A stretch of DNA of 64,000 nucleotides from an uncultured Gemmatimonadota bacterium (GTDB taxonomy: Bacteria; Blakebacterota; Blakebacteria; Blakebacterales; Blakebacteraceae): assembly GCA_964576115.1 (NCBI GenBank), contig CAZNUA010000007.1, forward strand, positions 1 to 64,000. Direction: 5' to 3'. Shown here one piece after another: positions 1 through 10,300 of the stretch (position 1 is its first letter; each line of letters starts with the position of its first letter). The position numbers and the translations under genes are program-made. Below the pieces are notes generated by a model. That model ran no database searches, was not told the origin of the DNA, and worked only from the letters and a program-made list of their open reading frames with translations.

Positions 1-90
1 TCTATTCCTCATCCTCCTTCTCTTCCTTCTCCTCCTTTTCCTCCTACTTACTATTACTTCTGTTGCTGCTGCTCTTCCTCCTCCTCCCGC
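1..90. repeat. Pyrimidine-rich low-complexity tract (degenerate CCT/TCT/GCT triplets)
   Basis: Positions 1-90 are almost entirely C/T triplet-like repeats, unlike the rest of the window; lies at the window edge. Confidence 0.6.
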
Positions 91-152
91 CTTGCCGTCT
101 GGACGCCTCGGCCCTCTCGAGACGGTACCGTATGTGCGAAGCGGTGTACTGA

Positions 153-178
153 GAAACTTTCCGCCTGGTGTCTGCGTA
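153..178 (+). promoter_or_regulatory. Putative ECF-sigma promoter upstream of PadR-1
   Basis: GAAAC(153-157)-N17-CGTA(175-178); resembles SigW/SigX-type TGAAAC-N16-CGTA; the motif recurs before every PadR/ADOP unit. Confidence 0.65.
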
Positions 179-182
179 TTGC

Positions 183-205
183 CTATATGTTAAATGCCTC
201 TATAG
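183..205. promoter_or_regulatory. Candidate PadR operator (CTATA-N13-TATAG)
   Basis: AT-rich inverted repeat just downstream of the -10; right half GCCTCTATAGTTA resembles GCCCTATAGCTA before PadR-3. Confidence 0.4.
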
Positions 206-220
206 TTAGGAGAATGACCC

Positions 221-589
221 ATGCCCGAATCGGATCGGATCGATCGCTTCCTGCCCCTCAATCCGCGCCGCCTGATGGTCCTGCTGAGCTTCGCCCAGGG
301 GCGGGCGCACGGTTATGAGATCAGAAAGCGGGCCGAGGAGCAGTCGCGGGGAGAGGTCCAACTGGACGCCGGCTCCCTCTACCGGATCCTGGCCGGATTC
401 CTGGACGACGGGTTGATCCGGGAGGCAGCCAGCATATCGGCGACCGACACCGATGATACCCGCCGCCGCTACTACGAACTCACCGCCCTGGGCCGGCAGG
501 TGCTCGAAGCCGAAACCGGCCGCCTGGCCGGTCTGGTCGAGTTCGCCCGGACCTGGAAGGTGCTGGGGGAACCGGAGGGAGCCCGATGA
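221..589 (+). CDS. PadR family transcriptional regulator (PadR-1)
   Basis: wHTH motifs HGYEI, GSLYRIL, RRRYYELT; AGGAG RBS; ATGA overlap with the downstream permease. Confidence 0.92.
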   Translation: MPESDRIDRFLPLNPRRLMVLLSFAQGRAHGYEIRKRAEEQSRGEVQLDAGSLYRILAGFLDDGLIREAASISATDTDDTRRRYYELTALGRQVLEAETGRLAGLVEFARTWKVLGEPEGAR

Positions 590-3306
590 AGGGATCCCGA
601 CCGGAGCTGCCCGGCCCCGCCCGGCTTCTCACCGCCGCCATCCTTCGTTTCTATCCCCGTACGATCCGCATCCGTTTCGGTACCGAGATGATGCAGTTCG
701 TGGCCGAGGCCCGGGCCGACCGGCACGCGACCCGCGGCCGGGCCGGATTCCTGTTCTGGAGTCGAACTCTCGCCGGGCTGCTGCGTCACGCTCTGGCCGC
801 CCGGATCGACGACTACCGGTGCCGAAGACGACGACGGCACCCCGGCCGTGAGCGCGAACCCGGCCAGCGCCCAATTCTGTCCGCCCGGCCAGCCGAGCTG
901 GTCCGCGACCTCGCCCGGACCGCCCGCAATCTGATCAGGGCACCGGCTTTCACACTCATGACCGTGACGACCCTGGCTCTGGGGATTGGCGCCAGCACCT
1001 GGATCTACAGCGTCGTGCAACCGGTCCTCATCGCCCCTCTCGACTATCCCGAAGCCGACGAACTGGTGCTCCTGCACGAACAGAACCGCACGGTCGGGGG
1101 CAATCGGGAGTGGGTTTCGCCCCTGACCTTCCGTGATTGGACAGAGCGGGCGGAATCTTTCGAGGCTCTCTCGTCCTGGCGGCTGAATCTCTATACCTGG
1201 ACCGACGGCGAGCGGCCGCGGTTGCTGCGCGGGTGGGCGGTCTCGGCCGGATATTTCTCCCTGCTGGGAGCGGAGATGCAGCTGGGCCGGGACTTCACCG
1301 CTGCCGAGGACGAGCCCGGGGGCGAACGGGTGGTGGTGATCGGCCACGCTCTCTGGCAACAGGAGTTCGGCGCCGATCCGCAGATCCTCGGCCGGACCAT
1401 GACCCTGGACGGCACCTCCTACAGAATCGTCGGCGTGGCCGGTCCCCGGGTCGAGTACCCCTCCCGGGGAGATTACTGGGTTCCGGCGGCGACCGATTAC
1501 AGTCGCGAGTTCCGCGACTTCCGTTACCTGGGCGTCATCGGCCGCCTGCGTGACGGTGTGAGCCTGGACGAAGCCGCCGCCGAGATGGACCGGATCGCCG
1601 CCGGGATCGCGACCGAGAATCCCGCCACCAACGAGGGCTGGGGGGTGGAGATCCGCAACCTGAAGGATATTCGTCTGGCGCAGGTACGCCCGATCCTGCT
1701 GGCGCTCTGTGTGGCGGTGGGCCTGCTGCTGTTGATTGCGGTCGGCAACGTCACCAACCTGGCCCTGGCCCGGAGCACGGCCCGGCGAACCGAGGCCGCC
1801 ATCCGATCCGCCCTGGGGGCCGACCGTGGAACACTGGCCCGGATGTATCTGACCGAATCCCTGCTTACCGCCGCCCTCGGAGCAGGCCTGGGTCTGCTTC
1901 TGGCCGCCGGAGGGATCGGTCTGCTGGAACGGATCGCTCCGCAGGCTCTGCCGCGGGCCGAGGGGATCGCGCTCGGGGCCTCCTCGGTGCTGGTGGCCGC
2001 CGGGCTGGCCCTGATCACGGGGCTGGTGGTGGGCTTGCTGACCCTGCTGGTCTCGGGCAGACGTCAAAGCGGCTCGGCCCTGCGTTCGGAGACGGGGGGC
2101 CGGACAGCCACGCGGGGCATGCACCGCTTCCGCCAATCTATCCTGACCGTTCAGGTCGGCTTCGCCCTGGCGCTGCTCGTCGGGGCCATTCTCCTGACCC
2201 GGAGCCTGATCTCGCTGAGCCGGGTCGATGCCGGTTTCGCGCCCGATGATGTGCTGACCTTCAGCTACCAGTTGCCAACAACCGATTATCCCTGGCCCGA
2301 CGCTGCGCTCCTCTTCCAGGATGAGTTGCTCGACACGATCGAACAGATTCCCGGCCTCGAGGCCGCCGGGACAGTAACGCCCCTGCCGATGGAGATGGGC
2401 AGCGTCCCCTCCTCCTGGACCCTGCCCCCGGGCCCCGGCATTGACGAAGCCCGCCCGGTGATGGCGCACATGCGCGTCGTCTCACCCGGCTATTTCGCAG
2501 CCATGCGTCTTCCCCTCGTGGCCGGTCGTCTGTTCGAGACCGGGGATCGCCAGGACACCGCCCCGGTGGTCCTCGTGAATCGGGCCTTTACGGAGCGTTA
2601 CCTGTCCGGCATCGAGCCGATCGGTATCCCTGTCACCGCCGGTGAAGCCGATGATCCAACTGAGGAACGTTCGACGATCGTCGGGGTCGTGGGCGATGTC
2701 CGCTTCCGCTCCCTGCGCAGCGAAAGCGAGCCGGAGATCTACATCCCCGCGAGCCAGTTCCCTCAGACGTGGGGCCACCTGGTTGTCCGGTCAGACAACT
2801 CGCGGTCAGACCTCGTCGAGGCGGTGACCGCGGCCGTCGGCCGGATCGATCCCGCCCTGCCCCTGGCCGATATCAGAAGCGGAGAGGAGATCATCGACAG
2901 CCAGCTGCGTCCCTACCGGCTCAGCACCACCCTGGCCCTGCTGCTGGCGATCACGGCCTCGATCCTGGCCATGGTGGGAATCGTCGGGGTGTTTTCCCTG
3001 GTGGTGGCTCAGCGGATGCCCGAGATGGGAATCCGCATGGCCCTGGGAGCCTCGCCGGGCGGAATCGTGCGCCTGGTGCTCGGGCGGGGAATGAAGCCGG
3101 TCGGCGTCGGGCTCCTGCTGGGCCTCGCTCTGGCGGTGCCCGGAACCCGCCTGCTGACCAGCCAGGTCTACGGCGTGAGTCGGCTCGATCCGCTGACCTT
3201 CGTGCTTGCGGTCCTCCTGTTGGCGGCGGCTGGTTATCTGGCCTGCCGGATCCCCGGTTCGCGGGCCGCCTCGGCCGATCCGGTGGAACTGCTCAAGACC
3301 GAGTAA
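586..3306 (+). CDS. ADOP-like duplicated MacB/FtsX ABC permease (ADOP-1) with N-terminal prefix
   Basis: TLALGIGA, AIRSALGA, EMGIRMALGA, C-terminal DPVELLKTE; two MacB_PCD+FtsX halves; no ATPase domain. Confidence 0.92.
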   Translation: MKGSRPELPGPARLLTAAILRFYPRTIRIRFGTEMMQFVAEARADRHATRGRAGFLFWSRTLAGLLRHALAARIDDYRCRRRRRHPGREREPGQRPILSARPAELVRDLARTARNLIRAPAFTLMTVTTLALGIGASTWIYSVVQPVLIAPLDYPEADELVLLHEQNRTVGGNREWVSPLTFRDWTERAESFEALSSWRLNLYTWTDGERPRLLRGWAVSAGYFSLLGAEMQLGRDFTAAEDEPGGERVVVIGHALWQQEFGADPQILGRTMTLDGTSYRIVGVAGPRVEYPSRGDYWVPAATDYSREFRDFRYLGVIGRLRDGVSLDEAAAEMDRIAAGIATENPATNEGWGVEIRNLKDIRLAQVRPILLALCVAVGLLLLIAVGNVTNLALARSTARRTEAAIRSALGADRGTLARMYLTESLLTAALGAGLGLLLAAGGIGLLERIAPQALPRAEGIALGASSVLVAAGLALITGLVVGLLTLLVSGRRQSGSALRSETGGRTATRGMHRFRQSILTVQVGFALALLVGAILLTRSLISLSRVDAGFAPDDVLTFSYQLPTTDYPWPDAALLFQDELLDTIEQIPGLEAAGTVTPLPMEMGSVPSSWTLPPGPGIDEARPVMAHMRVVSPGYFAAMRLPLVAGRLFETGDRQDTAPVVLVNRAFTERYLSGIEPIGIPVTAGEADDPTEERSTIVGVVGDVRFRSLRSESEPEIYIPASQFPQTWGHLVVRSDNSRSDLVEAVTAAVGRIDPALPLADIRSGEEIIDSQLRPYRLSTTLALLLAITASILAMVGIVGVFSLVVAQRMPEMGIRMALGASPGGIVRLVLGRGMKPVGVGLLLGLALAVPGTRLLTSQVYGVSRLDPLTFVLAVLLLAAAGYLACRIPGSRAASADPVELLKTE

Positions 3307-3312
3307 AATTCG

Positions 3313-3338
3313 TGTAACCTTCCGACCGGCCGGTCGTA
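3313..3338 (+). promoter_or_regulatory. Putative ECF-sigma promoter upstream of PadR-2
   Basis: TGTAAC(3313-3318)-N16-CGTA(3335-3338); overlapped by perfect palindrome CGACCGGCCGGTCG (3323-3336). Confidence 0.65.
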
Positions 3339-3352
3339 TTATGTACGTGTAC

Positions 3353-3369
3353 CCATAGTTATCTTATGG
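3353..3369. promoter_or_regulatory. Candidate PadR operator (CCATA-N7-TATGG)
   Basis: Inverted repeat downstream of the -10, extending to TACCCATA...TATGGATA with one mismatch. Confidence 0.5.
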
Positions 3370-3428
3370 ATAGCGGTCTTTGGTAAGGAGAAAAGCCCTC
3401 GACCCGACCGCACACACGAAGGATCTCG

Positions 3429-3776
3429 ATGATGAAGCAGGATTCGCTGGAAATGTTCAAGGGCACCCTCGACCTGGTCATCCTCACGGCCGTGAGCTGG
3501 ACCTCGATGCACGGGTACGAGATCTCGCGCCAGATCCGCCTGCGCACCAAAGAGGCTTTCGCCCTCGAGGAAGGCGCCCTTTACCCGGCTCTTCGCCGGC
3601 TCGAGAAGAAGGGCTGGCTGCGGGCCGAGTGGGGTGTGACCGACACGGGACGCGAGGCGAAGTTCTATGATCTCACCGCCGAGGGGCGAAACCAGCTGGC
3701 GCTGAAAATGCAGACCTGGGAACGGTATGTCGAAGCCATGGGCCGGGTGATTGCGGCCCGGGGGCCGGTGCGATGA
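3429..3776 (+). CDS. PadR family regulator, acidobacterial type (PadR-2)
   Basis: KGTLDLVIL, MHGYEI, EEGALYPALRRLE, EWGVTDTGREAKFY match the padR_acidobact pattern. Confidence 0.93.
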   Translation: MMKQDSLEMFKGTLDLVILTAVSWTSMHGYEISRQIRLRTKEAFALEEGALYPALRRLEKKGWLRAEWGVTDTGREAKFYDLTAEGRNQLALKMQTWERYVEAMGRVIAARGPVR

Positions 3777-6457
3777 TCGAACCCGGTTCGGCCGATCTCA
3801 ACCGGCGCGGCATCAGGCGCAGCGGTCATATCAGCGGCCGGCGTCCCGATGTGCGCGGCCTCCCCGTGCGCGAGGACGTACGCCGCGAGGTCGAACTGCA
3901 CCTCGACTGCCGAGCACAGGAACTCATCGATGAGGGGTGGGAGCCGGACGACGCCCAGGAGGAAGCCGAGCGGCTCTTCGGTAACCGCAAGAACATCCGT
4001 CGCGAATGCGAACAGATCACGAAAGAGAAGGATCGCATGACCAGATTCGCCCTCTTCCTGCAGGGAGTTCTCACAGACATCCGCTACGCGCTGCGCACTC
4101 TCCGGCATACGCCGGTATTCACTTCGGCGGCCGTGGTGAGCCTGGCCATCGGGATCGGCGCCGGCACGGCCATCTTCAGCATCGTCAACGCCGTCATGCT
4201 TCGGCCTCTGCCCTATCACGAGCCCGAGCGCCTCGTGCGGGTCTGGCCGACGCACAGATTCAGCAAGAGCCTTTTCGAGGAATTCCGGAACGACTGCCGG
4301 GAGTTCGAAGCTCTAAGTGCGTACGCCAGCCGCTCGTTCGCTCTGACCGGAACCGGGCAGGCGACCGACGTGACAGGCGGATACGTTACCGTCTCTCATT
4401 TCAGCTTACTCGGCATCCAGCCCTTCCTCGGCCGGGGTTTCACGCCCGACGAGGAAGAGCCGGGTAGTGCCGAAACGGTGGTCCTGAGTTACGGGCTCTG
4501 GCAGGAGCAGTTTGGCGCCGATCCGGAGATCCTCGGGACCGCCATCGACCTGAGCGGCAGCGGGGTCAACACCCGGACGGTCATCGGGATCATGCCCGAA
4601 GGATACGAACCGCTGGATGAGAGCTGGAAGTACTGGATCCCGATGAAGATCGATCCGGCCAATTTCCCCGATTACGCCGGCACAGCCGGTTACGATTGCA
4701 TCGGGCGGATCACCTCCGGGTCCACTCCCGCCCGGGCCGAGGCCGACGTACGCCGGGTGGCCGCCCGGGTGGGCGAGGATCAGAGCTGGATCACCCCCGA
4801 AGACGTCGCTGCGGCCAGCGCCCCGCTGCTGCTCGAAGCCGTCATCGGCAGTGCAAAAACCTACCTGGTGCTCTTCCTGGCAGCGGTGGGTCTGGTGCTG
4901 CTGCTGACCTGCGCCAACCTGGCCAACATCATGCTGGCCAGGGCCGGAGGTCGCCGCCCCGAAATGGCGGTCCGGACCGCCCTGGGAGCCGGGCGGAGCC
5001 GCCTGCTGCGCCAGCTCATCACCGAGAGCGTGGTACTCGGGCTGCTCGGCGGCGGAGCCGGGCTCGTGGTCGGAACCTGGCTGCTGGCGATTCTCAGAGG
5101 CAACCTGCCGCCGGGCACGCCCCGGGTGGCCGGGATCGGAATCGACACTACCGTCCTGCTCTTCACCGCCGGCCTCTCACTGCTCGCGGCCGTGCTCTAC
5201 GGCCTGGCCCCGGCGCTCTCGAGTACGCGGAACAGCATCGGTTCCGTACTGCGGGAAGGGCAGAGCGGGACCGGCGGATCCCGGCCGAAACTGCGCTGGA
5301 ACGCGATCCTGATCACCGCCGAGATAACGGTCTCGGTCATCCTGCTGATCGGAGCCGGTCTGCTGATCCGCAGCAGTGCCGCCCTGAGGCAGGTCGATCC
5401 CGGTTTCGAGATCGAGAACCTGGCCACGATCCGGGTGAATCCGCCCGGCTCGGCCTACCCCGACGATGCCGACCTGATCGCGTACTACCGGGATGTCACC
5501 ACCCGGCTCACGAACCTGCCCGAAGTCACCTCGGTGGGCCGGGTCGGTTACATGCCGCTCACGAGGGCGGGTATGGGAATCCTCTATGAACCGGAAGGGC
5601 ATCCGACGCCTGAAGGCCAGCAGATGCCGCGGACAAAGGTGAACATCGTCAGTGCGGAGTTCTTCGAAACCATGGGCATCCCCCTGCTCGCCGGCCGGGT
5701 ACCCGACTGGCGTCCGGGAGATCCCCCGCTGATCGAGTTCGCCGTCAACCGCGCGTTTGCCGATCTGTACTGGGAGGGAACCGATGCGGTCGGCCGCTGG
5801 GTGGACATGAATACAGTCCGCTGGACGATCACCGGCATTGTCGGCAACCTCAATCAGTACAGTCTCAGGTCCGAGCCCGTACCCGAAGTCTACGTCCGCG
5901 ACGAGCTCTACGCGCAGCGCACCATGTACCTGCTCGTGCGAACCGCCGGCGATCCGGCCGCAATGCTGCCGCTGATCCAGGAAACGATCAGAGCCCAGGA
6001 TCCCGACGTGCCGCTCAGCTACCCACGCACGATGGAGGAACTGCGCCGGCGATCGGTCACGCAGTCGCGCACCTCGACCGTTCTGATGGCGTTTTTCGGG
6101 ATCGTCGCCTTCGCCCTTGCCCTGATCGGCGTCTTCGGCGTGGTCTCCTACACCACCCAGCAGCGCACCCGCGAGATCGGGATCCGGATCACCCTGGGAG
6201 CCGTGCGACCCCGAATCGTCAGCGAGGTACTGGCCGGCGCTCTCCTCCCGGTCGGGATCGGCCTGCTGCTCGGGATCGGCCTGGCCCTGTTTGCAACCCG
6301 GGCCCTGGCGAACCTGCTCTTCGGTGTCGCAGCCACCGATCTGGCCACCTATGCCGGGGTGGTCGGACTCCAGATCGCCGTGGCGCTCCTGGCCTGTTAC
6401 CTGCCGGCCCGACGGATCGCGTCAACCGATCCGATGCTCGTCCTCCGGTCCGAATGA
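3773..6457 (+). CDS. ADOP-like permease (ADOP-2) with permease-prefix-1/HAAS-like N-terminus
   Basis: N-terminal EVELHLD...EG...AQEEAERLFG; DIRYALRTL, SLAIGIGA, EIGIRITLGA, DPMLVLRSE. Confidence 0.92.
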   Translation: MIEPGSADLNRRGIRRSGHISGRRPDVRGLPVREDVRREVELHLDCRAQELIDEGWEPDDAQEEAERLFGNRKNIRRECEQITKEKDRMTRFALFLQGVLTDIRYALRTLRHTPVFTSAAVVSLAIGIGAGTAIFSIVNAVMLRPLPYHEPERLVRVWPTHRFSKSLFEEFRNDCREFEALSAYASRSFALTGTGQATDVTGGYVTVSHFSLLGIQPFLGRGFTPDEEEPGSAETVVLSYGLWQEQFGADPEILGTAIDLSGSGVNTRTVIGIMPEGYEPLDESWKYWIPMKIDPANFPDYAGTAGYDCIGRITSGSTPARAEADVRRVAARVGEDQSWITPEDVAAASAPLLLEAVIGSAKTYLVLFLAAVGLVLLLTCANLANIMLARAGGRRPEMAVRTALGAGRSRLLRQLITESVVLGLLGGGAGLVVGTWLLAILRGNLPPGTPRVAGIGIDTTVLLFTAGLSLLAAVLYGLAPALSSTRNSIGSVLREGQSGTGGSRPKLRWNAILITAEITVSVILLIGAGLLIRSSAALRQVDPGFEIENLATIRVNPPGSAYPDDADLIAYYRDVTTRLTNLPEVTSVGRVGYMPLTRAGMGILYEPEGHPTPEGQQMPRTKVNIVSAEFFETMGIPLLAGRVPDWRPGDPPLIEFAVNRAFADLYWEGTDAVGRWVDMNTVRWTITGIVGNLNQYSLRSEPVPEVYVRDELYAQRTMYLLVRTAGDPAAMLPLIQETIRAQDPDVPLSYPRTMEELRRRSVTQSRTSTVLMAFFGIVAFALALIGVFGVVSYTTQQRTREIGIRITLGAVRPRIVSEVLAGALLPVGIGLLLGIGLALFATRALANLLFGVAATDLATYAGVVGLQIAVALLACYLPARRIASTDPMLVLRSE

Positions 6458-6605
6458 AGGCCGGTGCGTGTGAGAGCGGGCACATTGAGCGCATCATGGA
6501 TGCAAAGTCGATCCGGGTAGATCAGACCGCTTACCGAAAATATGCCACCTCTATAAGTTCTTTTCATTCAATCAGTTAGAGACTGTTTGCTTTTTCTCTT
6601 GATTT

Positions 6606-6625
6606 TTTAGACCGGCTGGTCTAAA
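6606..6625. promoter_or_regulatory. Candidate TetR operator TTTAGACC-GGCT-GGTCTAAA
   Basis: Perfect 8-bp inverted repeat in the AT-rich region upstream of tetR, just after TTGATT (6599-6604); weaker copy at 6633-6647. Confidence 0.7.
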
Positions 6626-6713
6626 CATACAGTACGACCGGGCCGTATAAACGGTTGAGGCGATAACGTTTCAGATACGACAGGTGACTGATCCCACCGT
6701 CGGGAGGTCCCGC

Positions 6714-7376
6714 ATGCCCCTGCCCCGTTTCGAGAAAATGCCCGAGGAGAAGAAGCTGCAGATCCTCGAGGCCGCCGCGCGGGAGATCGCCGAACGGGGG
6801 TACGAGCAGTCCTCGCTGAACCGGATCCTCGAAGACGCCGGCCTGAGCAAAGGGGCGGCGTACTACTACTTCGAGGACAAGGAGGACCTGATCGCCACCG
6901 TTCTGCGGCACTACTGGCTCGATTTCGTCTCCGACCCCGTCAGCGAAGTCGCCCTCGAGACCCCCGACGATTTCTGGAACTGGCTGGCCGAACTCTACGC
7001 CCACCCCTTCGATCTGATCGAGAGCCAGCCCTGGCTGCTCGGCTTCAGCAAGGTGGTCTGGAACCTGCCCTCCGTACAGCGCGCGAGCGGCCCGATGGGC
7101 GAGATCTGGGGCCAGGCGATGGAGTGGCTGCAGGGTTTCATCGTCCGGGGCCGCGAGCTCGGGGCGATCCGAAACGACCTTTCAGACGAATTGCTGATGC
7201 AGATGATCATGGCCATCGACAACGTGCACGACCGCTGGCTGGCCGATCACTGGGAAGAGATGGACAGCGAAGAGTTCCGGAAATTCACCGTACTCTTTAC
7301 GGATCTGATGCGCCGGGCCCTGGAAACTCGGTACGCAGATACTCCGCCAGTCGACACTCCGTTCACCGACTCGTAA
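6714..7376 (+). CDS. TetR/AcrR family transcriptional regulator
   Basis: ILEAA...GYEQSSLNRILEDAGLSKGAAYYYFEDKEDL HTH; GGAGG RBS supports ATG 6714. Confidence 0.93.
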   Translation: MPLPRFEKMPEEKKLQILEAAAREIAERGYEQSSLNRILEDAGLSKGAAYYYFEDKEDLIATVLRHYWLDFVSDPVSEVALETPDDFWNWLAELYAHPFDLIESQPWLLGFSKVVWNLPSVQRASGPMGEIWGQAMEWLQGFIVRGRELGAIRNDLSDELLMQMIMAIDNVHDRWLADHWEEMDSEEFRKFTVLFTDLMRRALETRYADTPPVDTPFTDS

Positions 7377-7388
7377 GGAATACCTCTC

Positions 7389-10300
7389 ATGCGCACGATC
7401 CTGAAAAATATCGCCGGCACTCTGGCCCGGGTGAGCGAAGAGCACCCCGGGCGGATGCTGATTATCGTCGGTATCATCACCGTGCTCGCCCTGGCTCTGG
7501 CCGGCGATCTCGAATTGCAGACCGACGTGGCCGACATGCTCCCCGCCCACTCGCCGGCCGTGCAGTCCTACCTGCGCGTGACCGGGGAATTCGGGGAAGC
7601 CAATACCATCATCGTGCTGGAAGGCGAGCGGGACCGCATGGTCGAGGCAGCCAGGAGCCTGATCCCGCGCCTCGAAGCGATGGAGCTGATTCACGTCGTA
7701 CAGGCCACAGCGCCGGTCGATTACTTCCTCGACGGCGGATTCATGCTGGTCGATCCCGCCGATCTCGATCGCACTCTCGATCAGTTCGACACCCCCGATC
7801 TGATCGGCGTCCTGCAGGGGATGAACGAGAGTTTCGAAGCAGAATACACCGACAATGAAGAGAACATGCGCGACGACGAGGTCGAGATCGCCCAGGGGAT
7901 GCAGGGTCTGGAGCGCGCCCTCGAGATCCTCTCCGCCCGTTTCGACGGTCGCGCCTACGCCTCGATCGAGGAAGCGGTCGACGCCATGCTGGTGGGAGAC
8001 CCCTGGTCGCTGAGTCTTGACCGCCGCATGATGCTCATCGCCTGCGTGCCGACCTACCCCCTGGTGGAATTCGACTACATCCTCGAACTCACCGAACAGC
8101 TCCAGGTCATGCTGGAAGACGTGCGCGGTGAGTTCCCCGATCTCGAGATCGGCCTGACCGGTAACGGTCCCCTGCAGAAGGATGAGATGGACGCCATCAC
8201 CACCGGCAGCGTCATCCTCTCGATGATCGCCCTGGTTCTGATCTACCTTCTGCTGGCCCGCAATTTCGGCGGCTGGTTCCTGCCGCTGATGGCCCTGGTT
8301 CCTCTCGTTCTCGGCATTATCTGGACCATGGGTGCTCTCGCTCTCGCTTTCGGCTCGCTCAATCTCTTCACGGTCATGATCTCACCGATCCTGCTCGGAC
8401 TGGGGATCGACTTCGCCATCCATCTCATCACCCGATTTTATGAAGAACGCAGTGCCGGCCGATCGGTGGGCGAAGCCCTGCAGCTGACCATCGGCGGCAC
8501 CGGGGTGGCGGTGCTGACCGGCGGTCTGACCACGGCGGCCGCTTTCCTGGCCCTGCTGATCGGGGAGACCCGCGGAGTAAGCGAGTTCGGATTCGCTACC
8601 GGGGCCGGCATTACCCTGACCCTGCTGGCCATGTTCCTGACCCTGCCCGCCCTGCTCGTTCTGCGGGGCCGCTCCCGGGAAAAGCGCGGCAAGACCGTCA
8701 CCCTGAAAGGAGCCAGCGAAGGGTGGCCGTTCATCGGCCGGGTGGCCACGGCGAGCTGGCGCCGACCGGGGCTCTTCCTGGCACTGTTCCTGATCGTGGT
8801 CGGACTCAGTCTGTGGGGCGGGCTCTCCAATCCCTTCGAGACCGACTGGATGGAACTGGAACCGAAGGGGCTCGAGAACGTGCGCCTGCAGCGGGAAATC
8901 CCCGAACGATTCGGCATCATGACCGAGGGGGCCTGGCTGGTGGTGGATTCGATCGAGGATGCCCGGACCGTCAAGGAACGGCTGGAGGACGAACCAATGG
9001 TCGGTGAGGTGAGCGCCATCAGCGACATCCTGCCTCCTGCAGCACGTTACGACGCTTACCGGGGCCGGCTGGCTGACTTCTCCCGGCAGATCCAGAACGC
9101 CCGGCCGGCACCGTGGCGGACGGGCGGCAGCGAGACCGATCTGGCGGCCGAGATCGACCGGCTCTGGACCAACCTCGACCTGATGAGCAACCTGGCCTAT
9201 ACGGCCGGGCTCGACCGGGTGGTGCGCGCTCTCGACCGTCTGACCGGGTATGATTCTGAAACCGACACCACCGACCCAAGCGCCGTGCTGCCCGCTCTCT
9301 CGGCGCGGCTCGCCGAAGGAGTCGATCCACAGGTGGGGAGCGGTATCGCCCGGGCCTGGTTCGACCGGATGCAGACCAACCTGATCCGTATGGCGAGTAC
9401 CCAGCCCAAGACCCTCGACGATCTGCCCGAGGTGTTCAGCAGGACCATGCTCCCGCGCGACGGCTCGCAACACTATCTGGTCAACATCACCGCCCGGGAC
9501 TACCTCTGGGATACGACGAACCTGAGGCGGTTCGCCGACGCCATGGCCGAGGTGGATCCCGCCATCAGCGGTAACGCCACCATGGTCATCGATTTTCTGG
9601 CCTGGACCGCCCGCGACGGGCGGAACGGCCTCATTCTGGCTTTCATCGTCATCCTCGTCCTGCTCCTGATCACCTTCCGCGGCCCCCTCGGCCTGCTGGC
9701 TCTCCTTCCCCTGATCGGAGGTTCACTCATGATGCTCGGTGTCATGCATCTGATCGGCATGAAGTACAACTTCATGAATTTCATGGCCATACCGGTCATC
9801 CTCGGAATCGGCATCGATGACGGGGTGCACGCCCTGCATAGATTCCAGGAACAGCGCGGCGAGGGCATCGAACGCGTGTACAACAGTTACCGTTTCGTGG
9901 GCCGGGCGATCCTGCTGACCACCCTGACAACCATGATCGGATTCGGCAGTCTGGGTTTCTTCAACCATGTGGCCATGGCGAGCTTCGGTGTGGTGCTGAC
10001 CATGGGAGTGGGGGCCTGCTTTGTGACCACGATCATCTTCCTGCCCGCCGTCACGAGGCTGCTGGCCGGCTCGAACATCAGGCACAACCACGTCGCCACG
10101 ACGGCCGCCGCCCTGCTGCTGGCTCTCGGCCTGACCGTTGCCGGGCCGATGCCGACCGCCGCCCAGGACACCGCCGCCGGCTGGGTGGAGCGGATCGAGC
10201 AGGCCGAAACGGTCGAGCATTCTTACGGAGTAATGAAGCAGACTATAACCACCTCAACCGGGGCCGAACGCACCTTCACGATCCGGGCCTGGAGTGCCGA

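Noticed and set aside
6553-6580. IHF-like AT-rich element (TAAGTTCTTTTCATTCAATCAGTTAG)
   Set aside because: Imperfect match to WATCAA-N4-TTR and a single copy; cannot be supported further.
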